Below, one piece after another: positions 26,701 to 37,800 of a stretch of 64,000 bases of DNA; the first letter of the stretch is position 1; each line of letters starts with the position of its first letter. The stretch is from a virus. The DNA lies in the IMG/VR virus record IMGVR_UViG_3300033545_000002, positions 464 to 64,463 of that record; one strand, given 5' to 3'. The position numbers were made by a program, and so were the translations under genes. Under the pieces are notes generated by a model. That model was not told the origin of the DNA and searched no databases. It saw nothing but the letters and a program-made list of their open reading frames with translations.

Positions 26701-29700
26701 TGCCCAAAATGCCTTCCCGGTTGGTTTTGGCATTCAGGGTCTTGTCGTCCAAACCGGCATCTTTCAGACTACTTTTTATGTTTTCGGAAAGATCATCTTC
26801 GCTTAGATCCTTGTCTTTAAAGCGTTCGATAGCCTCAGAAATTAATTCAGGGATCTTTAAATCACCATTGGCTATTTTTTCGGCAATCCACCGGATAGCA
26901 TCGGCGATTTTCTTTTGAATGTCAGGGCCGAATCCGGCCTTTTGGGTGCCTTCTGGCAAGTCGGCGCGTCCAAATTTCTCAAATTTATCAGCAAAATCTT
27001 TTAGCTTACCGGCTATCTTCTGCGAACTTTCTTTGGTAACTCTCGTTCCCTTTTCAGGAGTTTTACCCTTCAGTGCCTCAGCGACGGCAGCCTTAATACG
27101 CTTATCGAATTCCTCCTTAGAAAATTTCTCATCCAGACTATTACGGGCTTTGTTTTCTTTTTGGTATTCCTCCTTCCACTTATTGAAAGCATCGTAGATC
27201 GGCTTAACTTTTTCCTGATCCGATTTACTCAGTTGTTTAAACTGCTCTTCGTTTTCTGGAATCTTTACGCCTACAGATGCGGAGGTAGCTTTACGCATGA
27301 TCTGAACCTTTCCGTCAACCCCCATCTTCAAAAGAGACTGACGGAATTGGAAGGCCCGACCAGCTTCGCCGAAACTTAACAACCGCTCGGCCTTCATTTG
27401 CTCATTTTCCAAAAAAGCAGTACGGGCGGTCTGTTGATCATCGGCGGGGTTGAATTCATTTACAGCAGCTTCGCCATTAATATCCATCAATCGAATTCCG
27501 ATTAATGCGAGCTGTTCGGTTGTAGGGTTAAACGCTTGCTTGATCGTCCCATCATCATTGAAAAACTCATTATGTAAAGCGTTCGTTTCAAACTCAGCCT
27601 GAGTCTGCCACGTCCTGCCATTCTTAGCGGCATCTTGGCTTAATCTACCAATCACCCTATCAACCGTCTCCCGGTTAGTTTCAGTGAAGGCATTTTCTTT
27701 TTGCACTCGCTCCGAAAGATCCTTTTTTTGGATGGACACCCATTCATTGTCATGAGGATGCAATCCATCCTCCGCAGGTCCGACGACCGGAGGCGGAGGT
27801 ACAGAAGGGGGAGGTTCGTCACCTTTCACCGTAGATTTATCCTCCCCCTCTTTTTCGTTTAGCAGGGCTTCCCGCCCTTCGGCTTCTTTGGATTTTTCAT
27901 CGCTTTCTGTTTTTATTGGTGAAGAAATAGTTTCTGGACTGACGACATTCGGTGGTTTAAGTTCCCCCGGCTGAATGACAGATATTTTAGACGGGTCTCT
28001 TTCTGTTGGAATAACATTCGGCGGCTTTAATTCGCCGGGTTGGATAACAGATATGCCGGACTTTTCTTTTAACTCCGCCCGCTTATCGTCGATCATTTTA
28101 TCCTGTCCGGCTTCGTCAAGTGTGGCGAACTTTTCTTTTTCTTCCGGCGTAAAGAAATCGGCTTTGGCGAAATAGTCATCACGAATATTTTTCTTATACT
28201 CCCCGGTAGGCTCCTTTTGTTCGTCCGACCCCGATGCCGGTTTTTCTGCTTCTGGCTTTACTTCTTCTGGGTACATTACTTTAGCCAAATCAACAATATC
28301 ATTACCATACTGATCTCTTACGGCCTGTTCTGCATTGGGTTGATTGGATGGACTGCCATCTGAATTTCTTCCAGCGGCTTGATCGGCGACGGCCTTATAG
28401 AAGGACTCCGGGTTTTCTTTCGCTACCCCGTAAAAAGTGCCCAACTTATCCTTATTTTCTTCGATAAGACCCTTGGCGTGGTCCATGATATCCTTTCCCT
28501 CTACGGTAGATTCGTCCTTTGCTGTGACAAATTCTTTATACCGTTGTGCAAATTCAGGATCATCACTTTTGTGAACGCCTTCGATAGTACCATCCTTTTG
28601 CCACTTAGCAATCGTTCCTTCCTGTTCCAATGTTTTGAATGACCGATCCGACATGAATATAGGATGCCCTTCACCGTTGACTAGATAAGTGAATTTCGCC
28701 TGATCTCCTGCCGCTGCCTCCGCTTGGCTCCGATAATCTTTGGCCTTATTCTTATAAATATCCGATAGATTCTTGTTGTCTTTTGAGGATTGTTCTGCAA
28801 GATAATCATGTTGATCTGCTAGTGCTAAGTTGTGTGCCTGATAAAGTTCTGTAATGTTTTTCGGGTCAAGGTTGGCTTGTCGGATATTCCTTTCAAGGTT
28901 GGTACTATACAACAATCCGGCTTTCAAGTCAGCTAAGTTTCTACGACCTTCCTCGTTCAATCCTTCGGGGTCTACATTGAAGATATGAAGTTTCAAAGCG
29001 TCCCGTAGAGCATTACCGTTACCGGCGAACTCTTGCCCGAGTGCGTAGTTCTGCGGGATCAAGTTCTTAAACTCCCCTTCGGACATATGGACCATTTTTG
29101 TCCAATTGTCCACGCTTTTCATATACTGTCCGGGCGCGTGTAAAAGAGAAAGGCCGCCGCCAACAATCATTCCGTTGATAAGATTATCCTTGAAGTCTTT
29201 CGACTGCATGTAATCCCAAAAATCTGTTTTCTTTCCTTGTGCCTCTTGAGCGGTGGAATAGTCGTTATATCCAGACCATGTAAAGAAGGGTTGCGCCTCT
29301 GCCGTTCCTAAAAGTGCTTTTCTAACCGCCCCGCCTATAGTTGGCTTAACGATGTTTTTTGCTTTGAATAAAGTGCCGGACGTAACGGCCATCATCAACA
29401 CGTTGGGTAAGAAGTCCTCACTCATTTGATTGGACATATAATGCGACGCATCGGCTTCTGTCAGCAAATTGCCCTGAGCGTCCCGCGTGTTTAGCATTTG
29501 ACTATACGTCGAAAGGCCGCTTTGTGCTGTGAATAGACCAGCGCTAGCCAACCAGCCGATATATTCCGGCATCCCTGCGCCATCTGTAGCCAATCCTACC
29601 GCACTTGCCCCTGCGATGACAGGAACCATTGACCCGGCTTTTGATAGCCAGAAATCAGGGTCTTTTAGCGATTCCAGACCCTTCCAATTCCATGAGGCCG

Positions 29701-31294
29701 CTACCTTAGATTGTTCGATTTGAGGGGATGAAATATCTTGAGCCTCGTAATATTGAACGTTCTTTTGGCCCCACTGAGTTTTGTTGAAGACATACTTAGA
29801 CATGGCCCCGGATAGGTCGCTCATGGCCCCGCCAACCGATCCCCAAAACGCCCCGACGGATTTAGCTTTCTTATCGGCTTCTTTCTGCCACGCCTCATTG
29901 GAATCAATACCCATCCCGATAGCTATAGCATTCAGCCCGCCTTCATATCGTTTAACTAAGTTTTTGTACTTGTCTTCGTCCATCCCGGACAGCCCTACCG
30001 TACCGTCTTTGTAGATGGTGAACTTAGGTTTGTCTTTTTTAAGCCCGGCGACAATGTATCCCTCAAAATCCTTTTGCGTTTTTTCGGTTATCTTTCGAAT
30101 CTCCGTTTCGTAGTTGTCATTCAGTGATTTGAGCGCCGGATTCTGCTTTAACTCTGCCTCGACTTGCTTTCTCGCCACCTCATCGGTCATCTTTCCCTCA
30201 CCTACTAATTTGGCGTATTTTTCCTGAATGTCAACAAAGTCTTTATTCTGATAAGCTAATCCACCTTTACCGAAATATTTATGTTGCGTAGTGAGAATAT
30301 CCTTATCTCTGTCTATGTTTACTTTGGCGTTAAGATCGGATATTTTATCCTTCGAAAAATATTCGTTAACCTCTTTATTCGCATTGAAGGCGTCCCTAAG
30401 TTCCGGGTGCCTTCTAGTGAATTCGTCGGTATACTCTTTCTGCTTTTTCTGGACAGGAATAGTATTCAGGTAATCAACAACCGATTTTGATACGTCCTGA
30501 TAGGTACGATCCTTTTTATCCAAATCACCTGAAACTTGTGCATTAATAGCCGCGTCCCCTTTTTTGTTCATAAAGTCATCGACGTGCTTAATAACCCATT
30601 CCGTAGACTGTGGCGTTAACTTGTGGGTATCGGCATTCCATTGAAGGGGGCTTTTCATTTTGATACCCAATACATCCTGATCCGGTTTGTTATAGGCATC
30701 TACCCAATCGGATACACCTACGACATTTTTTAAATGATCGACAATTTCAGGTACGGCCTTCCTTTTGCTTTCATCGTATGATTTTTGTATCTGCCCCCTG
30801 TAGTATTTTTCGCTATCCTGCAACTTGTCCAGACCGCCCGGATTGTTTGCGTTGTATATAGCCGTGTTTTTAGCACTTGCCGTTACCTGATTGATTTGTT
30901 CCTGGACAGCCTTATGCTGATCGACCAATGACTTTACGTAGTTGTCAGAAGAAGATTTTGACCAATCCGAAAGATTCTTACCCTTGTTGTTGAGTGCGCT
31001 TGAAATCTGTTCGAGAGGCGGACCAACGGGCATAGGGGCTGACCCTACGTCTTTTGGCGTGAGAACATTATTCTTGTAGTTCGCCGTTACTTGTTTCGGA
31101 TTTGAACCCCCAGTATCTACGTGTGGTTCCGTCTGCGAAGGTATCGGTAAAGAATCCGAAGGAGAAGGAGAGCCATCGGAGCCTTTTTTTTTTGGAACTG
31201 GCAATCCATCTTCGTCCAAAATAGAGGTATCCTTTTGAGAAGCTACCGGAATTGGAAGCCCTTCGTTATCATATCTGGTAGTAGTTCCGCCCAT
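23768..31294 (-). CDS. Giant ejection (internal virion) protein, 2508 aa
   Basis: Helical charged composition with hydrophobic AG-rich segments; last and largest of three genes after the tail genes, as in podovirus ejectosome operons. Confidence 0.7.
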   Translation of the reverse strand: MGGTTTRYDNEGLPIPVASQKDTSILDEDGLPVPKKKGSDGSPSPSDSLPIPSQTEPHVDTGGSNPKQVTANYKNNVLTPKDVGSAPMPVGPPLEQISSALNNKGKNLSDWSKSSSDNYVKSLVDQHKAVQEQINQVTASAKNTAIYNANNPGGLDKLQDSEKYYRGQIQKSYDESKRKAVPEIVDHLKNVVGVSDWVDAYNKPDQDVLGIKMKSPLQWNADTHKLTPQSTEWVIKHVDDFMNKKGDAAINAQVSGDLDKKDRTYQDVSKSVVDYLNTIPVQKKQKEYTDEFTRRHPELRDAFNANKEVNEYFSKDKISDLNAKVNIDRDKDILTTQHKYFGKGGLAYQNKDFVDIQEKYAKLVGEGKMTDEVARKQVEAELKQNPALKSLNDNYETEIRKITEKTQKDFEGYIVAGLKKDKPKFTIYKDGTVGLSGMDEDKYKNLVKRYEGGLNAIAIGMGIDSNEAWQKEADKKAKSVGAFWGSVGGAMSDLSGAMSKYVFNKTQWGQKNVQYYEAQDISSPQIEQSKVAASWNWKGLESLKDPDFWLSKAGSMVPVIAGASAVGLATDGAGMPEYIGWLASAGLFTAQSGLSTYSQMLNTRDAQGNLLTEADASHYMSNQMSEDFLPNVLMMAVTSGTLFKAKNIVKPTIGGAVRKALLGTAEAQPFFTWSGYNDYSTAQEAQGKKTDFWDYMQSKDFKDNLINGMIVGGGLSLLHAPGQYMKSVDNWTKMVHMSEGEFKNLIPQNYALGQEFAGNGNALRDALKLHIFNVDPEGLNEEGRRNLADLKAGLLYSTNLERNIRQANLDPKNITELYQAHNLALADQHDYLAEQSSKDNKNLSDIYKNKAKDYRSQAEAAAGDQAKFTYLVNGEGHPIFMSDRSFKTLEQEGTIAKWQKDGTIEGVHKSDDPEFAQRYKEFVTAKDESTVEGKDIMDHAKGLIEENKDKLGTFYGVAKENPESFYKAVADQAAGRNSDGSPSNQPNAEQAVRDQYGNDIVDLAKVMYPEEVKPEAEKPASGSDEQKEPTGEYKKNIRDDYFAKADFFTPEEKEKFATLDEAGQDKMIDDKRAELKEKSGISVIQPGELKPPNVIPTERDPSKISVIQPGELKPPNVVSPETISSPIKTESDEKSKEAEGREALLNEKEGEDKSTVKGDEPPPSVPPPPVVGPAEDGLHPHDNEWVSIQKKDLSERVQKENAFTETNRETVDRVIGRLSQDAAKNGRTWQTQAEFETNALHNEFFNDDGTIKQAFNPTTEQLALIGIRLMDINGEAAVNEFNPADDQQTARTAFLENEQMKAERLLSFGEAGRAFQFRQSLLKMGVDGKVQIMRKATSASVGVKIPENEEQFKQLSKSDQEKVKPIYDAFNKWKEEYQKENKARNSLDEKFSKEEFDKRIKAAVAEALKGKTPEKGTRVTKESSQKIAGKLKDFADKFEKFGRADLPEGTQKAGFGPDIQKKIADAIRWIAEKIANGDLKIPELISEAIERFKDKDLSEDDLSENIKSSLKDAGLDDKTLNAKTNREGILGKMKEIAKNSDVKAITQKMVDNGLVRDYLHDIAKRGQTDPEKILDKGVEELGKAFPGLDAKTLRDAYLKEGKFTPEKSKDLEDQVKKSAQTFHDITVLQRDIGALEAGSDLYGADKEKKSKIISDYEQKLRDEKAQLLKERGRAARDIKDAQKKAERLAEYDKRIADLDNHQKVWEKAKKGKGVDKDLAAKREELRKALIKNGVKLETGSKDSRAAKEKVIEAHNERVGNLKDKISDLLNDDTVSDEDKKALRSVQSELNKMGVKIDAGELDDKIKKAQAAASRLHTTNITNLLTGRKAEILSDLKNLSTQLKKDNNSSLQDIQLEQVKNREITRKEQAERKLAAGDFEDAHKLSDYKKDEELMKLTRDRKKAEHDLAYQIDKYHKQNQGFWQRQITRLQRLQRANLISGIMTNGKVLVATVVKPVSDALVRRTVGTVTTPALRMLGLKGEREVLNNDATIRSFEDSFKGMTQRQAAEKRGTTTKALETATTNLQAANDQLNSLKGTPEYQPYKDDEYTKAVNDYQSAQYEWAAAAMYDFIAPNSWAERLKILQSGVSTFEESMGGYRGTTWADEKSKHAIGTGINRIIHTLEIFGRTHGAEKDISARQAFVEGFLKRASERIKAGEQLTPSKLEGIALQSYNDFLGGKFQNKNPVAEAIRGAEAKASEGGFLGKAFAFWLQSVTPVLKVPLNIEAEGLFKYTAGIPVAIGKTFYEIGMALNANDLTIKDGIKDFNGTMDAIREHMQSLPAEKRDSIIQYFNKGAIGLGLAMVAGSMAAKGNLVFGGAYGEGKKKRKFLNADTGELEELNYGEIAINGHKVGKFWSAVIMHLPPLMPAVMGATYVQKYKDERGDYKDEADKGTAAFDGLSEVVRTAWEESALKSLGDIAQSPANLFNSFTTQMAGKNISEYFDTDADGKLIERKGENPWQNILLRVGGRGFVPTKEQAEEDRADKIDASQQRVDERRENDPYYEKNQK
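27944..28054 (-). repeat. Internal duplication in the giant protein (ISVIQPGELKPPNV twice, 23-aa period)
   Basis: Two copies 69 nt apart with synonymous differences. Confidence 0.85.
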
Positions 31295-32958
31295 TATTGC
31301 ATACCCGTTTGTTTGAGATAATCCGCGACACTCATTTTATATTTCTTAGCGCCTTTTTCGACTTGATCCTGAGTGAATTTTTTACCGTTCAGGGTGTACG
31401 TCTTACCGACAGCCGGTTTTTTATCCTGATGGGTTTGATCTATCGCCGTTCCGTCATCTTCCCCGGCATTGATCTTGTCGATAACATCATTCCCCTTTCC
31501 TTGTAAAGCCTTATCGGCTACATCAATGGCGTAAGATAGGATTTTAGTCTCTACCACTCCTTTACCCATTGTAGCAAGTAAATTTCTTCTCGGCACAACG
31601 CTAAACTTATCAATTATTGGATTGCCATTTGAATCCAGCATCACATCTCCCGGCTTTACCCCCGGTGGCCTTTTATGTGATTCGTCATACCTTTTGTAAA
31701 CAGACAATCGTAAATTTCCATCCGCCGTACGAGTGACCAAATCGGGATTGTTCCCTCTCAAAATCGTTTCCATGACAGGGCTAAAAGACTGGCCCTCTTT
31801 CAGCGTCTGCTTTTCTCCTTCGGCGTAGTTTTTCAAGATCGTTTGAGGCACATCTACCACATCTTCATTCTCAATTCTCCCTCCACCGATCTCTACAGGC
31901 TTTTTTTCCCCTGTCGTATTGCCCAACACGTTCGCATATTGACGGACTAAGAAATTAGCATTCTGCGGAGCGCCTTGCAATCTCAAATTCTCATGAACGG
32001 CCGCCAGCTTTTCCCGATTGCCTTCCCTGATGGCTTCCATGTACAAGTTAGCATTTTCTCTCATCCCTAATAAGGAATAAGGATTCGCTGTACGGGTTGC
32101 GGATTTTTCACCTACAATGTCTTTATCGGACCCGTACATCATTTTGCCTAAGTTCTCATAAAATTCTTGTGGGTCTTTCGGATTGCCGAACTTTTGCATT
32201 TGCGACGGATCGCCTTTAATTTTTTCAAACTGTTCTGTAGCCCATCTTTTTATAGGCTGATTGTTTTCATCGGTGCCGGTTTCGTATCCTTGATTCCACA
32301 TTCCTAAAGCGGAATTTCTATCATACCTTGTACCGGTCTCTTTGACCACCCATTCACTATGCGGCCCCTCGAAGGTTGAATTAGCAAAAGGTACTTCTAC
32401 TTGTTTTTGCTTCAATATATTCCCCATTGCCGCTTCTGGGTCAAATTTCACCGGCGTGTCTAAAATAAACTTTTGACGCTGTCCTAAGGGAGTGGCATTG
32501 AATGTAGCCACTTTTTGTTTATTGTCATTGGTTGCTAAAGACGGATCTGATTCTAATATTTTTTCATGAGCATCGTTATAAATATTATCCTGCTTGCTCG
32601 TGGTAGCGAGTGTTCTTAATTGACCAATCGACCTTTGGATTTCATTGAATCCGGGGCCTCCTAATGCGGCGTGAGGATCTTTAGCTATGACATTCAATAC
32701 GTCCCCCATCATTTTATTCAGTTTCGGTCGATCTTGTTGCATCACCGGCGTTTCCTGAATGGCTCCCAAGTCTTGATAAATCCCCTTCAGCATTTCTAAT
32801 TGCTGCGCATACCTTTTTTGCTTCATTTCCGCGTTAAACTGAGCGGATTGGTTGAGTTCATGTACCGCGTCGCGGCTATCAAGGATGACCCCCGGATTGA
32901 CCGTCGCTTCCGGTTTTATATTGGTAAATTCACTTAAAGAAGGTGCTTGTGCTGCCAT
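31294..32958 (-). CDS. Ejection (internal virion) protein
   Basis: 554 aa, Q/K-rich helical, located between the pilot-like and giant genes. Confidence 0.6.
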   Translation of the reverse strand: MAAQAPSLSEFTNIKPEATVNPGVILDSRDAVHELNQSAQFNAEMKQKRYAQQLEMLKGIYQDLGAIQETPVMQQDRPKLNKMMGDVLNVIAKDPHAALGGPGFNEIQRSIGQLRTLATTSKQDNIYNDAHEKILESDPSLATNDNKQKVATFNATPLGQRQKFILDTPVKFDPEAAMGNILKQKQVEVPFANSTFEGPHSEWVVKETGTRYDRNSALGMWNQGYETGTDENNQPIKRWATEQFEKIKGDPSQMQKFGNPKDPQEFYENLGKMMYGSDKDIVGEKSATRTANPYSLLGMRENANLYMEAIREGNREKLAAVHENLRLQGAPQNANFLVRQYANVLGNTTGEKKPVEIGGGRIENEDVVDVPQTILKNYAEGEKQTLKEGQSFSPVMETILRGNNPDLVTRTADGNLRLSVYKRYDESHKRPPGVKPGDVMLDSNGNPIIDKFSVVPRRNLLATMGKGVVETKILSYAIDVADKALQGKGNDVIDKINAGEDDGTAIDQTHQDKKPAVGKTYTLNGKKFTQDQVEKGAKKYKMSVADYLKQTGMQ

Positions 32959-32959
32959 T

Positions 32960-33763
32960 TTATTCTAAGGTAGAAATGTCTTGATCGGTATTCCAATAAT
33001 TAGGCAACTGCCCAACTTTTGTTATATCTGGTGCCTTTGGATCGATATAATTTATATTGGCGGCCGGACTTCCAGCCGTTCCGCCCCCCGTATCCGACAA
33101 GCCAAACGTCCGATTATACGGTGTCACCTTGCTGTAATCCGGTTGGGCAGGTGTCCCCGGATTTGTTTTCATATAACTGTTTACTCCCGTTGCCGCCGCG
33201 CTTAGTGATCCTATCCCCTCATTCACCGCGTTATTTTCATTTGTCTTTGCTGCAATACGGCGGTCCTGAATTTCTTTTAGTTTACTTTCATACGGCTGTA
33301 GTTCATTGATACCGAATTGTATTCCTTTTTGTGCGGATATTTCACTGTTAGCTTTTGTGAACATATCAATATTCTGCTTATGCTCTTGCGCGTCCAATGC
33401 GGATTGACTTTTTAAACTATCGGCAAATACCTGATTCAATTCACCAAACTGATTAACCCCTGCTCCTGTTTCACTGAGCGCATGCGTAGATGTTGCAAGG
33501 CCGCGCTCTCGTTGCTCACCGGAGTATTGTTTTTCGCCAGAAGTGAGCCCTTGCGTTGCGAGATTTCCATAAATATTTCTGTTGATTATGTCCTCGCTTG
33601 GAATGGAGTAGAACGGCCGCTTCATGGCCGCACCCTCACGGGCCGCCTTCTTATCTTGACTTTCGGCATGAAGCCCCTTGTATATTGAAAGCCCGGCGCT
33701 GACACCTGCGACGCCAACGGAAACCCAAGTTCTCTGAAAGCTATCTCCGAAATTAAGTCTCAT
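32960..33763 (-). CDS. Pilot-type ejection protein
   Basis: N-terminal WVSVGVAGVSAGLSIYKG amphipathic G/A segment followed by coiled coil. Confidence 0.65.
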   Translation of the reverse strand: MRLNFGDSFQRTWVSVGVAGVSAGLSIYKGLHAESQDKKAAREGAAMKRPFYSIPSEDIINRNIYGNLATQGLTSGEKQYSGEQRERGLATSTHALSETGAGVNQFGELNQVFADSLKSQSALDAQEHKQNIDMFTKANSEISAQKGIQFGINELQPYESKLKEIQDRRIAAKTNENNAVNEGIGSLSAAATGVNSYMKTNPGTPAQPDYSKVTPYNRTFGLSDTGGGTAGSPAANINYIDPKAPDITKVGQLPNYWNTDQDISTLE

Positions 33764-34187
33764 TTGTCAAAAGATTATTCGTATGATGCTCGATTATTCT
33801 GGCCTCGATTTCTTCCAAATCTTCAGTATCATCAGGATTGCTGTGGATAGTTATCCAATTACAATCTTCTATTACATCCAACACTCGGCGCGTTCCTGGT
33901 TCTGTTATTCCACAATGAGGGGCTTCTATCAACTCCCACCCTTTACCATCCTGCCACACTCTAACCTTACCCCTCAATACAAAGAATGGATGACGAAATT
34001 TATGTATCCGGCTGGTGATCTTGCTTCCGGCTGCCATGAAAATCTCTCTCATATACATGCCCGGCATGAAGGTATGGGCCAGTGGGAAATCAGCCTTCTG
34101 GTAACGATCCAATAGCGCCCCTTCCAAAGCATCTATGCAATCGTTAACCTCTGGCCTTACCAATGATTCGGTATTAGTATAACACAT
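33753..34187 (-). CDS. Cupin-fold phage protein
   Basis: HTFMPGMYMREI, IHKFRHPFFVLRG, GITEPGTRRV. Confidence 0.75.
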   Translation of the reverse strand: MCYTNTESLVRPEVNDCIDALEGALLDRYQKADFPLAHTFMPGMYMREIFMAAGSKITSRIHKFRHPFFVLRGKVRVWQDGKGWELIEAPHCGITEPGTRRVLDVIEDCNWITIHSNPDDTEDLEEIEARIIEHHTNNLLTNET

Positions 34188-34473
34188 CTTTAGGGTTTAT
34201 TTTTATCGTTACCGGACCATCGGTAGCAGGACCTTTGAATGTCTTAATATCACATGAATCATATTCTGCCCAATAAAATTCTGTAGTCTTCATTTGTGTA
34301 AACAATGGGAACAAGGCTTGCATTTGCCAAAACAGAGTAGTGCTGTTATCAAAGGGAATTGCAGGTGGGCCAACTACCGGTTCCTGCTTTTGGATGGCTT
34401 TTAATACGGAGCCGGGTACTATTGCCGCTCCTATTGCGAATAAAGCTCTTTTGAAGAATGATTTTCTGTCCAT
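34174..34473 (-). CDS. Small protein with a Tat-signal-like N-terminus
   Basis: MDRKSFFKRALFAIGAAIVPGSVLKA. Confidence 0.55.
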   Translation of the reverse strand: MDRKSFFKRALFAIGAAIVPGSVLKAIQKQEPVVGPPAIPFDNSTTLFWQMQALFPLFTQMKTTEFYWAEYDSCDIKTFKGPATDGPVTIKINPKDVLY

Positions 34474-34479
34474 ATCGGG

Positions 34480-34827
34480 TCAATAAAGAATATCTTGTAA
34501 AAAAGTGTTTTGCTGTATAAATGTATTGATTATCTGTGATATTCCGCTAGAAAAAGGGACAGCAGCGGGACGGAGGACCGTAAAAACTATCCCTACCGCC
34601 CCTGGATTCGTGTTTATAGCTACGATTCCGCCCAAATTTCCGTTCAAAGTCTCAATCCGGTATAGGATAACCCCCGGCAACATCTCCTGAATTAAACTCT
34701 GAGAATAGGCATAAACAGCCTGCCCGGTGGCATTCGACCCCAATGAAGGTATGACCGACCGACTATCGTTGACAACGGCCATTATGAGCCTTTGGGTATC
34801 GATCTCATATTTTAGGCTATAAGTCAT
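34480..34827 (-). CDS. Hypothetical virion-region protein
   Basis: 115 aa ORF coupled to the large tail gene. Confidence 0.6.
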   Translation of the reverse strand: MTYSLKYEIDTQRLIMAVVNDSRSVIPSLGSNATGQAVYAYSQSLIQEMLPGVILYRIETLNGNLGGIVAINTNPGAVGIVFTVLRPAAVPFSSGISQIINTFIQQNTFLQDILY

Positions 34828-37800
34828 TTCTTTTGATTCACCGTATCTGCCACAAGGTTATAAATAGTTTTCAGTTCAAAATACTTTCCCCGGTTGTTCG
34901 GATCGCCAATCAACCGGAACAAGAGGTAAAGGTTATAGATTCGTTTCCCGTCGATCAGCGTGGACCTGAAGGCATCCTGAATGCCAGGGGGGAAGAAAGA
35001 CCACATATTTCTTTGCAGGGTAAGGTAGTACTTATTCTCAATCTTTTTAACTAGGTTCATGGGCACATAAGAAAAACTATTCGGGTCGTTGGTCCGTAAA
35101 AAGTCGATATACATGCCCGGTCCGTTGGTGTCCAAAACTAAGTTAGCGAATACTTTACTGACCTCCTGATTTTGGTTGAATACCCCTATTATCGAAACGT
35201 CGTACTGGATTCCGTAGAACTGGTTGAAAGAAGTATTACCACTATTGTGAAGATACGGCACCCCGGCAGCAAAAGTCACCAATTGAATGCCTGTAGTCTT
35301 CCCTTTCATTTTTCCATAGGCTTCCGGTGTGAAGTTTTCGAACCTAACGAATCTTCCTGTTATGGTATTATATACTAATGTTTCCTGATGATTGAGGTCA
35401 ATATTTTCACGCGTTGACCCGTAAGACGTTGGATCATTACTATTATTCCGGCGGGGGCGGAAGGTCAGGTACAGATTCCCCCTTTCTGTATCCACTCCCC
35501 CGATTACATCGAACCGGCTTGAATTTGGAGCCGTTGCATTCCAGTTTGATATAGCCCTTGTTTTGCTATTGAGGTATGAACTCATACCTCCCGTTACACC
35601 TTCTTTCGGATTGAACAAACTAATGTCCTTTGCCTGTCGGTAGTCCGATATGACCCATGCCTGATTTTTAAGGTCGAACCATGAAATCATATCTTCGTAG
35701 ATAACTACAGATCCCGTGTCCTCCTGCCTCATCCCGTAGTTGCTTCCGATTTTGGGATGCGCAGATCCTAATGCCTCATCTAAGTTCGCTACTTGTACCC
35801 CTTGTTCGTTCGCGTAGATATACTGAAAATTATAGTCGGTGACAAAGAAATCATTTTCACAAAGGAAGAACACTACGTTACGAACGGCGATAACCATAAC
35901 TATCGCGCCGGACTTGAAATCTATAAACCGTTTTGCATTCGAAATCATAAAAGTTCCTACTCCGTTCAAAGTTCCGTTGCTGATAAAATTATCTGATTTA
36001 GCGGCCTCATCAGTATACCACATCTGTTTGGCCAGATTATTATTGAAATTTACCCGTCCTCCGCTGGCTAGATCATACCCGAACGTATCGCTGATGTTCT
36101 GGCTTTCGAAAGGATGAGAAAAATACTTATCCCCTATTAACGGAATGGTTATGTTCCTTTGAAATAAATAGGTATCCCAAAATGTAATATCAATTTCAGT
36201 CGGATAACTATAAGTCGGAACGCCATTTTCGTACCCTTCAAATTCTGCCACTTCGCCGTTAATGATCGGATAGAATCCTTGCGTTTCTGAAAACTGTAAA
36301 ATACTGGATTGATCGGCAGGGGTCCAAAGCTCTATCCACATCCCTTTGGCATTAATAAGTGGAGTCAATCTTGGATCGTATAGGACATATATGGTGATAG
36401 CCTGAGTATTTTGAACCGTCTGAAGGGATACGGTTGTTCCCGTCGTTCCTGATCCGTCCGTTACACTAGTAGTGACGGATTGGGTATTACTTAGATTATT
36501 GTTGATAATCGGGACCGTGCTGGTGCTCGGAATCAGGCCGGATGTTTGTGCCGCCTGATTGTAGTTAGATCCCAATATCTTTAAATCAATAGGATTGCCG
36601 GTTAGTAAATTTCCGTTCCCGTCGTCCATGATGATAACTCTGTCTCCCGGTGTAAACTGATAGGTAGCCAGTGTGGAAAAGTTCCTTGCAACATTGTAAT
36701 TATACAAACTCGTAATGCTTATAGAACAATATACCGCACTTGATGCGTCACTGACCACATTACCGTTATTGTCAATGTACTCGATATAATCTCCCACCCA
36801 TTCCGTATAGGCCGATTCTCTCAGGTTTTTGCTGACTCCCGGTGCTATCCATTTCCAATCTGGGTTAACTTGGTTTAGATTCAACGGCCCATTAATTAAC
36901 CACTGAAAATACGTAGCCAATGTATTCCCCCTTTCGGTAAATGACGGGACAGGATTTTTACTGATGATATTCATAAAGGAAAGCCTGCCTGCCAAGTCTC
37001 CGACCACAACCGAATTAACATAAATACCCCCTGACTTTAGCGATTGTTCACTAGTATTCTGAATGTATATAGCCAACTTTAATAGTATAGGATAATTCCT
37101 GATATTGCACGGGATGCAAGGAACTAATGCCTCATTGTATTGAGTAATAGGAATATTTCCGCAATCAGATATTGTAATGACAAAATTACCGCCCGAATTA
37201 ACATAAACATTACTCACTCTTGGAGTTGGAAATCCGTTGTGAATGATGAGGGTAAATTGTCCGTTTTCATTTGTCAAAACAGTCGCGCCGTCTTTTATTG
37301 AAACTGCGATATTGGAATACGGTATAGTTCCATCCAGTGAAGTGATTGTCCCGGATAAAAGAACCCTATTACAATCTCCTATAATCCCTGCGTTGTGGTC
37401 GGACAGATAAGCAGTAGGGTTTTGTTTCCACCCTGTTCCGCCCTGAGCGGTTTTTATATCAAAGTTGACCTGAACGCAATTGATATTCCCGATGATGTGA
37501 ACGTCTGAAATACCGGCACTTGAACTAACGATATAAGCCCAATAAAAACCGTTTTTGTCTGTATACTTCCCCCAATCACTACCGCCTATTGATCCTCCTG
37601 TTTGTGTTTGATAGGAGTATAACTCCATGCCTAACGGACTATTTTGCGACTCCTGAAAATATCCTTCTATGAATCTGAAATTATAAATGCTCACATACGG
37701 ACAATAAATATAGAAAAGGTCAGCCCCGTTTCCCCATACATCTACATTCCCGGCAGTGCAATCAATCTCTATTTCCTTAGAATAAGTGACGATAGCGTTC

